From a virus, in the IMG/VR virus record IMGVR_UViG_3300020410_000948, positions 29,807 through 93,806 of that record: a stretch of 64,000 nt of DNA. One strand, given 5' to 3'. How positions within the stretch are numbered: position 1 is the stretch's first letter; each line of letters starts with the position of its first letter. The position numbers were made by a program, and so were the translations under genes. Below, in pieces: positions 1 through 9,382 of this stretch. Below the pieces are notes generated by a model, which searched no databases, was not told the origin of the DNA, and saw only the letters and a program-made list of their open reading frames with translations.

Positions 1-2
1 TG

Positions 3-278
3 CCTAATGGGTCGGCTAGCCTTGAGAGTTTTAGGTTCTTTGAGGCTGCAATGGCGGGTTGCGTAATAGTTAGTCAGCAAATGCCGGTTGTCCCGATGTA
101 CAATGTGGCTCCAACAATTACTGTAGATAATAATTGGACTAACCTTCCAGATGTTATAGATATGATTTTAGATAACAGGGAGGAGATGGAGTATTACTCA
201 CACGCAAGTAAAGTATGGTACGAATACTTCTGCTCTCCAGAAGGTCTAGCCGGCTACATGAAGAAAAGGCTGGTTTGA
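3..278 (+). CDS. C-terminal part of an exostosin/GT47-like glycosyltransferase (starts before the window)
   Basis: The frame is open from nt 3 and reads PNGSASLESFRFFEAAMAGCVIV, matching the exostosin PxG...R..EA...GC.P motif also seen in the next gene. Confidence 0.65.
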   Translation, partial: PNGSASLESFRFFEAAMAGCVIVSQQMPVVPMYNVAPTITVDNNWTNLPDVIDMILDNREEMEYYSHASKVWYEYFCSPEGLAGYMKKRLV

Positions 279-282
279 CTAT

Positions 283-1047
283 ATGGATTTTGTTGACGGA
301 GAAAGATTCCAGTCAATCTGTGACTTTGAACTTGGTCAAGAAATGCCTAAAAAATCGCAGTTGGTAATGTATGCGCCCTCGGAAAATTATCTAGAGGCGC
401 TAGTGTTCATTAAACAAAACACTGATACACAATTCAAGCTTGTAACACATAATGGCGATATCGAAATTTATTTAGATGACAGGGTTCTGCCTGATAACCT
501 TATACACTGGTATGCACAAAACCTGTGTACCAAATCGAATAAGATGTCTTCGCTTCCTATAGCGATGGAGAATACCCACTGGCATCCAACAAAGCGCCCA
601 GCAATGCTCTCTATAGAAAAGCAATCCGAAAGGTTTCTTAAGCCGTTCACTCAATTTAATCCCCGCACACATCCATCTAGGTTGGATCTAGTAAGATTGA
701 TACAGCAAGGAGAAATTGATGTTGATTTTGCTCCTTCAATTAATGGGACGGGGTTTGATCAATATGTATACAATCTATCTAAATACGCATTTTGTATTTG
801 CCCGAGGGGTAACGGCATTGATACTCATAGGATATGGGAAGCCTTACATATGGGCTGTGTGCCAATAGTAAAGAGGCATGTTACGCACGAATGTTTGTTA
901 GATTTGCCGGTCTTGTTCGTAGATGACTGGAGAGAAATAACTCATGAAAAGCTTGTGCAATTTATTGAACAAATACCCAACAATATATATAACATGCAGA
1001 AACTTTCTTTTTCCTACTGGGAGAATCTGATAAAAAATGACATCTAA
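283..1047 (+). CDS. Exostosin/GT47-like glycosyltransferase
   Basis: FCICPRGNGIDTHRIWEALHMGCVPIV motif. Confidence 0.75.
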   Translation: MDFVDGERFQSICDFELGQEMPKKSQLVMYAPSENYLEALVFIKQNTDTQFKLVTHNGDIEIYLDDRVLPDNLIHWYAQNLCTKSNKMSSLPIAMENTHWHPTKRPAMLSIEKQSERFLKPFTQFNPRTHPSRLDLVRLIQQGEIDVDFAPSINGTGFDQYVYNLSKYAFCICPRGNGIDTHRIWEALHMGCVPIVKRHVTHECLLDLPVLFVDDWREITHEKLVQFIEQIPNNIYNMQKLSFSYWENLIKNDI

Positions 1048-1927
1048 GTTGAGAATTAAATTTGATAACTTTTGGGGTGGGTTTCCCCTGTATGACAATA
1101 TAATAACAGTAGCTCTAAGTCTAAAACACGATGTAGAGATTGTTCAGCATGACCCAGATATTTTAGTGCATCAAGGCCAAACTTCCCACAAGCATGATGG
1201 CGCAATTACAATAGCTTGGTTTATAGAGTCTATGAATAGAATAGGGGAACCTGACTATAGTAAATGTGACTATTCTTTTAACAGTTGTAATCTTGATGAT
1301 GAGAGAAACTATAGGATTCCCTTTTGGTCTACACAAATAAACTGGAATGGGGCTCCTGCGCATGACCTTAATCGAGGACCAACATACTATATATCAATAG
1401 ACGAGTTATCTAATAGGCAGATAGCTAATAGAGACAGGTTGTGTTGCTCAGTAGCGTCTGGAACGCTTGGTAGGAGAGCAGAGTTTTATCCTTACATATC
1501 CTCAAGAATGGATGTAGCACATGGAGGAGACTTCCTAAGAAATACAACAGAGATGATTGAAAAGCCGGGAAACAGTGACTACTTAGAGAAGATAGAGTTT
1601 ATTTCTAAATTTAAATCGAACCTATGTTTTGAGAACGATGACAGACAAGGATACGTATGTGAGAAGATACTACATGCTTTTTATGCTGGTTGTCTGCCCA
1701 TATACTGGGGACCAGCAAATGTAGGTGAAGACTTCAATAAGAAAGCGTTTATTGATGTTAGTGATTTTGAGTCTAGCGAAGAGGCTGTTAATTATATACA
1801 CGATGTGCTTTTAAACGATACAAAATTATTAGAATATCTAGAGCAACCAGTATTTGAAAATGGACAGGTGCCATATCACTCAACACCGGAGTCACTATTA
1901 GAGTTCTTAGAGAAAAAGGGTATATAA
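1037..1927 (+). CDS. Alpha-1,3/4-fucosyltransferase-like protein (GT10)
   Basis: GT10 signature K.EFISKFKSNLCFEN...GYVCEKILHAFYAGCLPIYWG. Confidence 0.85.
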   Translation: MTSKLRIKFDNFWGGFPLYDNIITVALSLKHDVEIVQHDPDILVHQGQTSHKHDGAITIAWFIESMNRIGEPDYSKCDYSFNSCNLDDERNYRIPFWSTQINWNGAPAHDLNRGPTYYISIDELSNRQIANRDRLCCSVASGTLGRRAEFYPYISSRMDVAHGGDFLRNTTEMIEKPGNSDYLEKIEFISKFKSNLCFENDDRQGYVCEKILHAFYAGCLPIYWGPANVGEDFNKKAFIDVSDFESSEEAVNYIHDVLLNDTKLLEYLEQPVFENGQVPYHSTPESLLEFLEKKGI

Positions 1928-2502
1928 TGGCTGGAGAATTTTCTTACAACCGCAAAAAGTATTTTTTTCTTCATATCCCGAAGACTGGCGGTAAGATGTG
2001 GGAGCATGTATTTAGCGGTATTGGGCTGACTTCTGGACATGGTTTCGTAGAATCTAAACCAGAAGGATATTCATTTACTGTAATAAGAAACCCATTTGAT
2101 AGATTGGTCAGCTGTTTCTATTACCTCAAGGCTGGCGGGTGCTGGTCGGGTGACGCAAATGATGCGTTAAAGTATGATATTACAAACAATACTTTTGAAG
2201 ACTGGCTCAAGCTAGCTAGCAAAAACCCTCAGCACTATCTAGAACAGCAACACGTTATGCCTATGATGCGTAGGATTGGCAGAAAAGAACACTTCGATCA
2301 TATTGGATTGTTTGAAAATTTAGAACGGGAAACTAGAGATCTATATTCTATTATATATGGCCATAAAATTGATGAAGTGCCTGTGATTAACAAAAGCACC
2401 CATCGTCACTTTGAAGATTGTTACACCGAAGAAACAAAAGCTATAGTTTCAGAGCTATACAAGGATGATATAAAACTATATGAGGAGCTATTAAATGCAT
2501 AA
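1927..2502 (+). CDS. Carbohydrate sulfotransferase (Sulfotransfer_2-like)
   Basis: 5'-PSB motif FLHIPKTGG, 3'-PB motif FTVIRNPFDRLVS, C-terminal LYKDD. Confidence 0.85.
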   Translation: MAGEFSYNRKKYFFLHIPKTGGKMWEHVFSGIGLTSGHGFVESKPEGYSFTVIRNPFDRLVSCFYYLKAGGCWSGDANDALKYDITNNTFEDWLKLASKNPQHYLEQQHVMPMMRRIGRKEHFDHIGLFENLERETRDLYSIIYGHKIDEVPVINKSTHRHFEDCYTEETKAIVSELYKDDIKLYEELLNA

Positions 2503-2902
2503 GATATATAAAGACGAGAAGCTTTACCACTGCTACTTCAACGCCGACGAATACCAAGAGGGTAGGTTTGATGCTACCGACGCTGGAGAATATTTGCAGT
2601 GCGCTATTATAAATATGGATGACGGCAAGAAGTTTGATCCGCATGTCCATATCCCCTGTGAAAGAACAACTGACACAACTCAAGAGGCATGGGTTGTGCT
2701 TAAGGGCAAGATAAAAATAACATATTATGACGAAGATAAAAATCAAATGGATGAACCGGCTATAGTCTCTGCCGGAGGGTGTACTATAAGTTTTTGGGGT
2801 GGCCATAAATATGAATGCCTAGAAGACGGAACTGTAGTCTATGAATTTAAGACTGGTCCATACTTTGGTAAAGATGCGGATAAGGTGGTATTTGATGCGT
2901 AA
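2495..2902 (+). CDS. Cupin-fold protein (WbuC-like, sugar-cluster associated)
   Basis: PHVH...QEAWVVLKG and GGHKY...YEFKTGPY cupin metal-site motifs. Confidence 0.7.
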   Translation: MHKIYKDEKLYHCYFNADEYQEGRFDATDAGEYLQCAIINMDDGKKFDPHVHIPCERTTDTTQEAWVVLKGKIKITYYDEDKNQMDEPAIVSAGGCTISFWGGHKYECLEDGTVVYEFKTGPYFGKDADKVVFDA

Positions 2903-3539
2903 TATTGTACAATATAGTCTGCCTCGAACAGGCTCTACACTTATCTGTAGGGTGTTAGATAGTCTGTTCCCTGAAGAGCTGGAAAACCTTGCACAACATC
3001 CTCCGCTCCATTATAACTCCCGTGACGCTTTGATTGTGAGCTCCTGTAGGTATCCGCTGGATGTTCTGGTATCGTATGCTAGAGTACACCACTGTGAACA
3101 AGGTTATGAGCTCGGTGGGATTGATGAGGATTTACTTGCACATCATGCAAAAAGGATAAAAACACTATATCAATGGTATTTTAAAGACTTAGACCATCAT
3201 AGGGGTCACATTCTACAAATCAAATATGAAAAATTTTGGAACAACTATGATTATATTTTCGATAACCTTGAGACCTTTTTTTCAATAGAGATTGATGATA
3301 ATAAAAGACATGATATAACACAAGAATGTGGAATAGAAAACTCCAGAAAGATACAGGCAGAATTGGTTGGTGAAGAAGGAACAGAGGACTTTGGTTGTGT
3401 TGATCAAAAGACATCTCTGCACGGCAACCATATATTTGCGCCAGAGCCATTTGGCTACAAAAAAGTTTTAACACGCACGCAAACAGCTTCTATGAAAATG
3501 TTTTTAAAGGACGCTATTAAAGAATGGGAAAAAATATGA
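2895..3539 (+). CDS. Sulfotransferase-domain protein
   Basis: YSLPRTGSTL PAPS loop, RYPLDVLVS, IKYEKF. Start moved to ATG 2895, which overlaps the end of the cupin gene. Confidence 0.75.
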   Translation: MRNIVQYSLPRTGSTLICRVLDSLFPEELENLAQHPPLHYNSRDALIVSSCRYPLDVLVSYARVHHCEQGYELGGIDEDLLAHHAKRIKTLYQWYFKDLDHHRGHILQIKYEKFWNNYDYIFDNLETFFSIEIDDNKRHDITQECGIENSRKIQAELVGEEGTEDFGCVDQKTSLHGNHIFAPEPFGYKKVLTRTQTASMKMFLKDAIKEWEKI

Positions 3540-4087
3540 GGCTTCACTTAGGATGTGGATGGAGAAATTTTGGAGGTGACTGGATTCATGTTGATGGTGG
3601 TGATTATGAACACTTAGACCACAATGATATTACTAAGCTTCCATACGAAGATGAAACAGTTGATTTAATATATGCCTCTCATGTGTTGGAGTACTTCGAT
3701 AGAGAAGAAGCTGTTGACATTCTTACTGAATGGACGAGAGTATTGAAAAAGGGTGGAGTATTAAGAATAGCTGTGCCAGATTTTGAGTCTATGGCTATTA
3801 TGTATGTAATGGGCAAGAATACTCTTGATAATACAAAATTAAGTAACTTTCTCGGCCCGCTTTACGGTAAGATGCAGATGGGTGATGATATTATTTATCA
3901 CAAAACAGTCTATGACTTTGAAGAGCTATCAACGCTTTTATCATCTGCAGGAATACAAAACATTGCTAGATATGATTGGAGAGATACGGAGCATCATAAC
4001 TTCGATGACCACTCTCAAGCCTATATCCCGCATATGGATAAAGACAATGGAACACTAATTAGTTTGAATATAGAGGGAACAAAATGA
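3536..4087 (+). CDS. Class I SAM-dependent methyltransferase (type 11-like)
   Basis: LHLGCG motif I, DLIYASHVLEY, RVLKKGGVLRIAVPD; ATGA overlap at 3536. Confidence 0.85.
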   Translation: MRLHLGCGWRNFGGDWIHVDGGDYEHLDHNDITKLPYEDETVDLIYASHVLEYFDREEAVDILTEWTRVLKKGGVLRIAVPDFESMAIMYVMGKNTLDNTKLSNFLGPLYGKMQMGDDIIYHKTVYDFEELSTLLSSAGIQNIARYDWRDTEHHNFDDHSQAYIPHMDKDNGTLISLNIEGTK

Positions 4088-4668
4088 GATTAGAGAAATG
4101 GGAAGGCGTACATATAGATACGGTTTATAATGATGTAGTTACTAAGATAGCGCCTAAAGGCAAGGTTCTAGGCGTTGGAGATAGTGCATTTCCTCATGCT
4201 GTTCTAAACATGCAATATTTTCATGACAATCCAGTAGAAGAAGGCGTTGCGGTTAATACTAACGAAAAGGATTTAGGACATCTAAATGGGTTTGATGTTA
4301 TACTATGTAACGGCAATGATATCTGCTATGAAGACAATTACTTTGACTTTGTATACACTGTGATGATGCTTGAGCATGATCCTAAGTTCTGGCTGTCAGT
4401 ACAAGAGATGCACAGAGTTTTGAAGCCCGGATGCCCTTTAATGATAGCTATTCCCGGATTTGTAGGAGAGCCAGAGTACGCTGTTGTAGACAATAGAGAC
4501 CATTGGGGACATGGCACTAGTTGTTATGAGAACCATACCGACTGTGACTGCTATAGATTTAGTCCCGATTTCTTTAAGTTTTTCGCGCTCAAAGACTTCG
4601 ATGATGCTGTCGTGTATCACAGTATGTTTCCTCCAAGACTTATAGGAGTTGGATATAAACCTAAATGA
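4084..4668 (+). CDS. Class I SAM-dependent methyltransferase
   Basis: YEDNYFDFV...LEHD...EMHRVLKPG motifs. Confidence 0.8.
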   Translation: MRLEKWEGVHIDTVYNDVVTKIAPKGKVLGVGDSAFPHAVLNMQYFHDNPVEEGVAVNTNEKDLGHLNGFDVILCNGNDICYEDNYFDFVYTVMMLEHDPKFWLSVQEMHRVLKPGCPLMIAIPGFVGEPEYAVVDNRDHWGHGTSCYENHTDCDCYRFSPDFFKFFALKDFDDAVVYHSMFPPRLIGVGYKPK

Positions 4669-5270
4669 GCACAATACCTGATGTAAAACTACTTGAACAG
4701 AAAGTGGCTAAATTTTTTGGCGCTCCTTATGGAGTAGCTGTAGATTGCTGCACTCATGGCGTTGAGTTATGTTTGAGATACGTAAAAGCCAAGCAAGTAG
4801 AATCTCCCCATAGAACTTATCCTTCTATTCCATTCTTGGCTCGTAAACTAAATATCCCTTTGGTTTGGAGAGAAGAAGACTGGCAAGATTATTACCAAGC
4901 AGGCGTGGGCGAATCAGGAGAAGTGGTTTATGACGCTGCGGTTCTATGGAAAGAGAATAGCTATATACCAGACAGCTTCATGTCACTGAGTTTTCAGTTT
5001 CAAAAACATCTAAGTCTCGGTCGTGGAGGTATGATACTTACCGACAATGAAGAAGCAGCAAAACAACTAAGAAGAATGGTTCACGACGGAAGAAAACCTT
5101 TTATTCCTTGGCGCGAGCAGAACATAGACTGTGAAGGATACCATTACTATATGACGCCAGAAACAGCTGCTTTAGGTCTACAAAAACTTCCTGAAGCAAT
5201 TAATAGAGAACCTAGACAGTGGGTCATTGAAGACTGGCCCGACTTAAGAAACATGGAGATTTTTAAATGA
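4665..5270 (+). CDS. Short DegT/DnrJ/EryC1/StrS PLP-dependent sugar aminotransferase
   Basis: GVAVDCCTHG, YDAA, SLSFQFQKHLSLGRGGMILTD (PLP lysine present); only 201 aa. Confidence 0.8.
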   Translation: MSTIPDVKLLEQKVAKFFGAPYGVAVDCCTHGVELCLRYVKAKQVESPHRTYPSIPFLARKLNIPLVWREEDWQDYYQAGVGESGEVVYDAAVLWKENSYIPDSFMSLSFQFQKHLSLGRGGMILTDNEEAAKQLRRMVHDGRKPFIPWREQNIDCEGYHYYMTPETAALGLQKLPEAINREPRQWVIEDWPDLRNMEIFK

Positions 5271-6241
5271 GAAAAGTTGCATTAATAACAGGTATTTCTG
5301 GACAAGATGGAAGTTACCTTGCGGAACACCTGTTAAATCAAGACTATAAAGTTTATGGAATTATCCGTAGGCAATCCGTAGCAGAAAACCAAGAGTCTAG
5401 GATAGATCATATTATAGATCATGTAGAAACCCGCTATGGAGATCTGATGGACTGGTGTTCGTTGGAAAGAGTTGTTAGGGAATGTAATCCCACTCATATT
5501 TTTAATTTAGGAGCGATGAGCCACGTTAGAGTTAGTTCCGACGTACCATCCTTTACTATTAAAACCAACGCAGAAGGTGTTCTAAACTTATTAGAAGTCT
5601 ACAAAAATTATTGTCCCGAAGCTAAATTTTATCAAGCAAGCTCGTCTGAGATGTTTGGGAACAGCGTCGATGATGATGGATTCCAAAGAGAGACGACGCC
5701 AATGACTCCTGTCAGCCCTTATGGTTGCTCAAAGCTTATGGGGTATTCCTTAGTTAGGCATTATCGACACGCTTATGGTCTGCATGCTAGTAATGGTATA
5801 TTATTTAATCACGAGTCTCCACGAAGAGGCTCTAACTTTGTTACAAATAAAGTTGTAAAGACAGCGGTAGAGATTTCTTTAGGTATGAGAGATAAACTCT
5901 TCTTAGGCAATATGGATTCTTACAGGGATTGGGGACATTCCAAAGACTACACAAGAGCTATGATTGATATTATTAATCATGACACTGCTGATGATTTTGT
6001 AGTGGCTACAGGAGAAACACACTCAGTACGAGAACTATGTGAGGTAGTGTTTAACTGCTTAGACATGGACTATAATGATTACGTTGAACAAGACCCTAGA
6101 TTTATGCGTCCAGAAGAATTGAAATACCTGAAAGGCGACCCAACAAAGACAAGAGAGACTTTCGGATGGAAGCCAGAATACACCTTCCAATCCATGATGG
6201 AAGAAATGGTTAGACATTGGCAAGACTTCTATAGCAAATAA
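5267..6241 (+). CDS. gmd: GDP-mannose 4,6-dehydratase (copy 1)
   Basis: ALITGISGQDGSYL, YQASSSEMFG, SPYGCSK (YxxxK), GILFNHESPRRG, RDWGH. Confidence 0.95.
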   Translation: MRKVALITGISGQDGSYLAEHLLNQDYKVYGIIRRQSVAENQESRIDHIIDHVETRYGDLMDWCSLERVVRECNPTHIFNLGAMSHVRVSSDVPSFTIKTNAEGVLNLLEVYKNYCPEAKFYQASSSEMFGNSVDDDGFQRETTPMTPVSPYGCSKLMGYSLVRHYRHAYGLHASNGILFNHESPRRGSNFVTNKVVKTAVEISLGMRDKLFLGNMDSYRDWGHSKDYTRAMIDIINHDTADDFVVATGETHSVRELCEVVFNCLDMDYNDYVEQDPRFMRPEELKYLKGDPTKTRETFGWKPEYTFQSMMEEMVRHWQDFYSK

Positions 6242-6242
6242 A

Positions 6243-6938
6243 ATGTATAAGACCTATGTAATGCACTATAGCCCTCTCTGTGAAAGGAGAGGGTTTATTC
6301 TCAATCAACTATCTTCTGCTGGAATTAGCCAATTCGAGTTAGTCACAGAATTCGATAGAGAAGATCTGACACATGAAGATCTTTCTAGATACAATGATGA
6401 CCCAGACTTTCACCGTCAGGTTTGTGAAATATCAAGACAGCCACATGGGTTTGCGGGACTGACGCCATACACATATCAAAAAATGACACTGGCGTCAATA
6501 TCTTTAAATCTAAAACACCTAGAATCTTTCAATAGGTTCATCAATCAAGAAGTAGAATTTGCATTATTTTTAGAAGATGACTGTAGTTTTTATGGGCATC
6601 CTTTCGATATAAATGATATAATTAATAGGGCACCGCATGATTGGGACGTAATATTACTAGGTGGAGCATTTGATCATGGGATCATAACTCCTTTAGCAGT
6701 ATATGGCGACATGGATAAGGGCTATATATTAGCCTCACATCCTGCCACTAACACTACATCATCAATAATTTATAATAAACAGAGTGCTAAAAAAATAGTT
6801 CCATATTTGGAAACCTTTTGTGTTCCTATTGATTGGCAGCTAAACTATGCTTTTCACGAAGCTAAATTAAAAGTGTACCATGTATATCCTTATATATGTG
6901 GTCAGGGTACATTTAGGAGTACAGCAAAAGATGAATAA
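6243..6938 (+). CDS. Glycosyltransferase family 25-like
   Basis: ER at the N-terminus, H...ALFLEDD, WDVILLG, PIDWQL. Confidence 0.75.
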   Translation: MYKTYVMHYSPLCERRGFILNQLSSAGISQFELVTEFDREDLTHEDLSRYNDDPDFHRQVCEISRQPHGFAGLTPYTYQKMTLASISLNLKHLESFNRFINQEVEFALFLEDDCSFYGHPFDINDIINRAPHDWDVILLGGAFDHGIITPLAVYGDMDKGYILASHPATNTTSSIIYNKQSAKKIVPYLETFCVPIDWQLNYAFHEAKLKVYHVYPYICGQGTFRSTAKDE

Positions 6939-7404
6939 ACAATCAAAGAACCTAGCGGTTTTAACAGAGGACTTGGGCTTGTCTCAGAGGTCTTTTTATC
7001 TCATAGATAACCTTAATAAGTTCTGTAGAGATAGGAGTGCTGCGGTGACTTGTTATACAACCTCAGTAATCCCTCCGGTTATGAAGGCTCTTTTTCCTTT
7101 TATGAATCAGTATTACTTCTCGTCTTTTAATGGTACTGCTATAGCTACCAGTATAGACACAGCTAAAGCACTGATTAAGACAAAGAACAATACTAAGAGA
7201 TTCCTTTACTTATGGGACTTAGAATGGATTAGAAAGCCTGTAGACTTTGATGATACCTGTTCTGTGTTGAGGAATCCAGATATTAATATAATTACTAGAA
7301 GTGAGTCTCATAAAAAAATGGTTGAAAACTATGCGAATACTACAGTGTGTGGTATAGTTGACGACTGGGATATGGCACAATTGGAGGAGTTGATATGGAA
7401 TTAG
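6931..7404 (+). CDS. Hypothetical protein resembling the N-terminal half of a GT-B glycosyltransferase
   Basis: AIATSIDTA...RFLYLWDLEW resembles the IAT.W.TA...Y..QD.E segment of WsaF-like GT4 enzymes; AGGAG upstream of ATG 6931. Confidence 0.45.
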   Translation: MNKQSKNLAVLTEDLGLSQRSFYLIDNLNKFCRDRSAAVTCYTTSVIPPVMKALFPFMNQYYFSSFNGTAIATSIDTAKALIKTKNNTKRFLYLWDLEWIRKPVDFDDTCSVLRNPDINIITRSESHKKMVENYANTTVCGIVDDWDMAQLEELIWN

Positions 7405-8165
7405 AAAAGATTATCAATATGTATGTTGAGGATGGCATGAGCACCAAAGCTATTGCCGAAGAGTTTGGTACTTACCCTAATAAGATCCGACGAGCACTTG
7501 TTTCTTCCGGAGTTGAATTGCGTAGTAAAAGCGCAGCACAAAAGAAAGCCTTAGAAAATGGACGAGCCAAACATCCCACTAAAGGCAAGAAAAGAAGCGA
7601 GGAAGAGAAAGATAAGATCAGTGCTTCCCTAGAAAAGTCTTGGTCAAATGTAACCAAGAAAGAGCGCAGTAGAAGATCTCAAATGGCCAAAGATCAATGG
7701 GAGAATATGCCTGAAGCAGATAAGCTGGCACTAAGAAAGAAAGCCGCAGAAGCGTTATTGATGACAGTGAAGCATGGCTCCAACCCAGAAAAGCTACTGT
7801 ATGAAAAATTAACTGAGGCTGGCTATGAGGTTGAGCTTCATAAAAAAGATATGATTGAGGGTAAGAAGTACGAGATGGATCTGTATTTGCCTGAATTATC
7901 TACGGTTATAGAGGTCGATGGGCCTCAACATTTTAAGCCACTTTTTGGAGAAAAGGGGTTGCGAGAATATGTTAAACATGATATAATTAAGAACGGAATA
8001 CTCCTTAAAAGGGGTTATTGTGTAATTAGAGTGAAGTATTTGTGCAGCAACTATAGTCGTGCTGTCGGAAGAAGATTGTGGGAGCTTGTTGAGCCTGTTG
8101 TAAATAGGGTTAACAAAAAGTTTCCCACTAAGGAAAACAGGTTAATTGAATTGGAGATAACATAA
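7395..8165 (+). CDS. Putative homing endonuclease: HTH + basic NUMOD3-like segment + Vsr/DUF559-like nuclease
   Basis: N-terminal HTH (STKAIAEEFG), KGKKRSEEEKDKIS, DLYL...VIEVDGPQHF, GYCVIRV. Confidence 0.7.
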   Translation: MELEKIINMYVEDGMSTKAIAEEFGTYPNKIRRALVSSGVELRSKSAAQKKALENGRAKHPTKGKKRSEEEKDKISASLEKSWSNVTKKERSRRSQMAKDQWENMPEADKLALRKKAAEALLMTVKHGSNPEKLLYEKLTEAGYEVELHKKDMIEGKKYEMDLYLPELSTVIEVDGPQHFKPLFGEKGLREYVKHDIIKNGILLKRGYCVIRVKYLCSNYSRAVGRRLWELVEPVVNRVNKKFPTKENRLIELEIT

Positions 8166-8938
8166 TGCCAGAAGTTGAATTAGACATTTTTGATGTTGAC
8201 AGTATTGATGAAGAAAACCTACTTGAAGAAGATTCACAAGAGTCTCAAGTGCCCCCATATGGTACAAAAGAATGGAACGAATATGTTATGGGACATTTTC
8301 GTAAAGATGAACTGATTGATGGAAATCCTATCTGTGCTGGTCTTAGACGTGTAGCTAACTTATTGTTAGGTGACATTCTAGAGTCTGGTCCAGATCAAGT
8401 TTTTCCAGCGACTGAGGGGAATGGTCCCGGCAGAGCTACTGTTGTTTACCAAGTTGTTATCAACTGGTTTAATAGTGGCCAAGCTAGGATATTTAAAGAA
8501 GTTGCGGATGTGTGGCATGGGAATACAGATGATTTATTCTGTGCTCATCCTGTGGCTACAGCAAGCACTAGGGCAGAAGGACGAGCTTTGCGTAAGGCTT
8601 TAGGTTTACGATGTCTAGCCGCTGAAGAATTGGCAAGAAAAGATATTGTATCTATTGTACAGCAGAGTGTAAAAAAGGATAACCCCACCGATGGAGCGTG
8701 GGACGAGGCAGCTATGATTAGCTCCTCACAGATCAATTTTATTGATAATAAGTGTAGACAGTTAGATATTAATGTTTTGGCATTTGTCAACTCTGGAGAG
8801 GGTGTTTACGAGTCCATTGAGGATGTAGAAAAAAGTAAAGCCTCTGCAATGCTTGGTGTGCTAAACAAATATCAAACTAAACAAAACGAGGTGCCAGAAG
8901 GCATCGTGGGTTATAACAAGAATTGGAGAAATGCATAA
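8165..8938 (+). CDS. Conserved phage protein, possibly a Rad52/Sak-like ssDNA annealase
   Basis: HPVATASTRAEGRALRKALGL helix motif and C-terminal S..Q..FI segment; acidic N-terminus. Confidence 0.5.
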   Translation: MPEVELDIFDVDSIDEENLLEEDSQESQVPPYGTKEWNEYVMGHFRKDELIDGNPICAGLRRVANLLLGDILESGPDQVFPATEGNGPGRATVVYQVVINWFNSGQARIFKEVADVWHGNTDDLFCAHPVATASTRAEGRALRKALGLRCLAAEELARKDIVSIVQQSVKKDNPTDGAWDEAAMISSSQINFIDNKCRQLDINVLAFVNSGEGVYESIEDVEKSKASAMLGVLNKYQTKQNEVPEGIVGYNKNWRNA

Positions 8939-9267
8939 TGAAAGTTAACTACAATGCAGGTAAACTAAACGTCGCTTTTGAAGGCGAAACCGTCCGTGAA
9001 CTATGGAAGCAGATCGCTGTCTTCCAAGAAGTGTTTGGTGAAACCAAATGCGGAAAGTGTGGCTCAGAAAACCTTAGATTCGTCGTGAGAGAAAACGACG
9101 GAAATGAATACTATGAGCTTCGCTGTATGGACTGTGGAGCTAAGTTGTCGTTTGGCGCCAACAAGAAGGGTGGCGGACTGTTCCCTAAACGTAAGGATGC
9201 CGATGGAAATTGGCTACCTGACGGCGGGTGGCAGAAATGGAACCCAAAAACAAAGTCCCTTGAATAA
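8938..9267 (+). CDS. Zn-ribbon protein
   Basis: CGKCG...CMDCG; TAATG coupling to the previous gene. Confidence 0.65.
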   Translation: MKVNYNAGKLNVAFEGETVRELWKQIAVFQEVFGETKCGKCGSENLRFVVRENDGNEYYELRCMDCGAKLSFGANKKGGGLFPKRKDADGNWLPDGGWQKWNPKTKSLE

Positions 9268-9286
9268 GGGTGCTCCGGTTAAGGCG

Positions 9287-9320
9287 ACCTCGCTCAGGGA
9301 AACTTGGGCGAGGTTTCTTT
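9287..9320 (+). terminator. Intrinsic terminator ending the + strand block
   Basis: Stem ACCTCGCTCAGG-GAAA-CTTGGGCGAGGT followed by TTCTTT. Confidence 0.75.
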
Positions 9321-9327
9321 ATGGCAT

Positions 9328-9359
9328 AAATAAAGCCCCGCACGAAGCAGGGCTTTTTT
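9328..9359. terminator. Bidirectional terminator between convergent blocks
   Basis: AAAGCCCCGC-ACGAA-GCAGGGCTTT hairpin flanked by A- and T-runs. Confidence 0.7.
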
Positions 9360-9382
9360 AATGGACTTAAAGGCTCAAGTCT

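Noticed and set aside
1-7404. Glycan cluster as host chromosome flanking a prophage, or as giant-virus DNA
   Set aside because: Genes are compact and run without a break into phage-type genes; no att site, integrase or NCLDV core gene is seen; bacterial RBSs and an HK97-type head module are present
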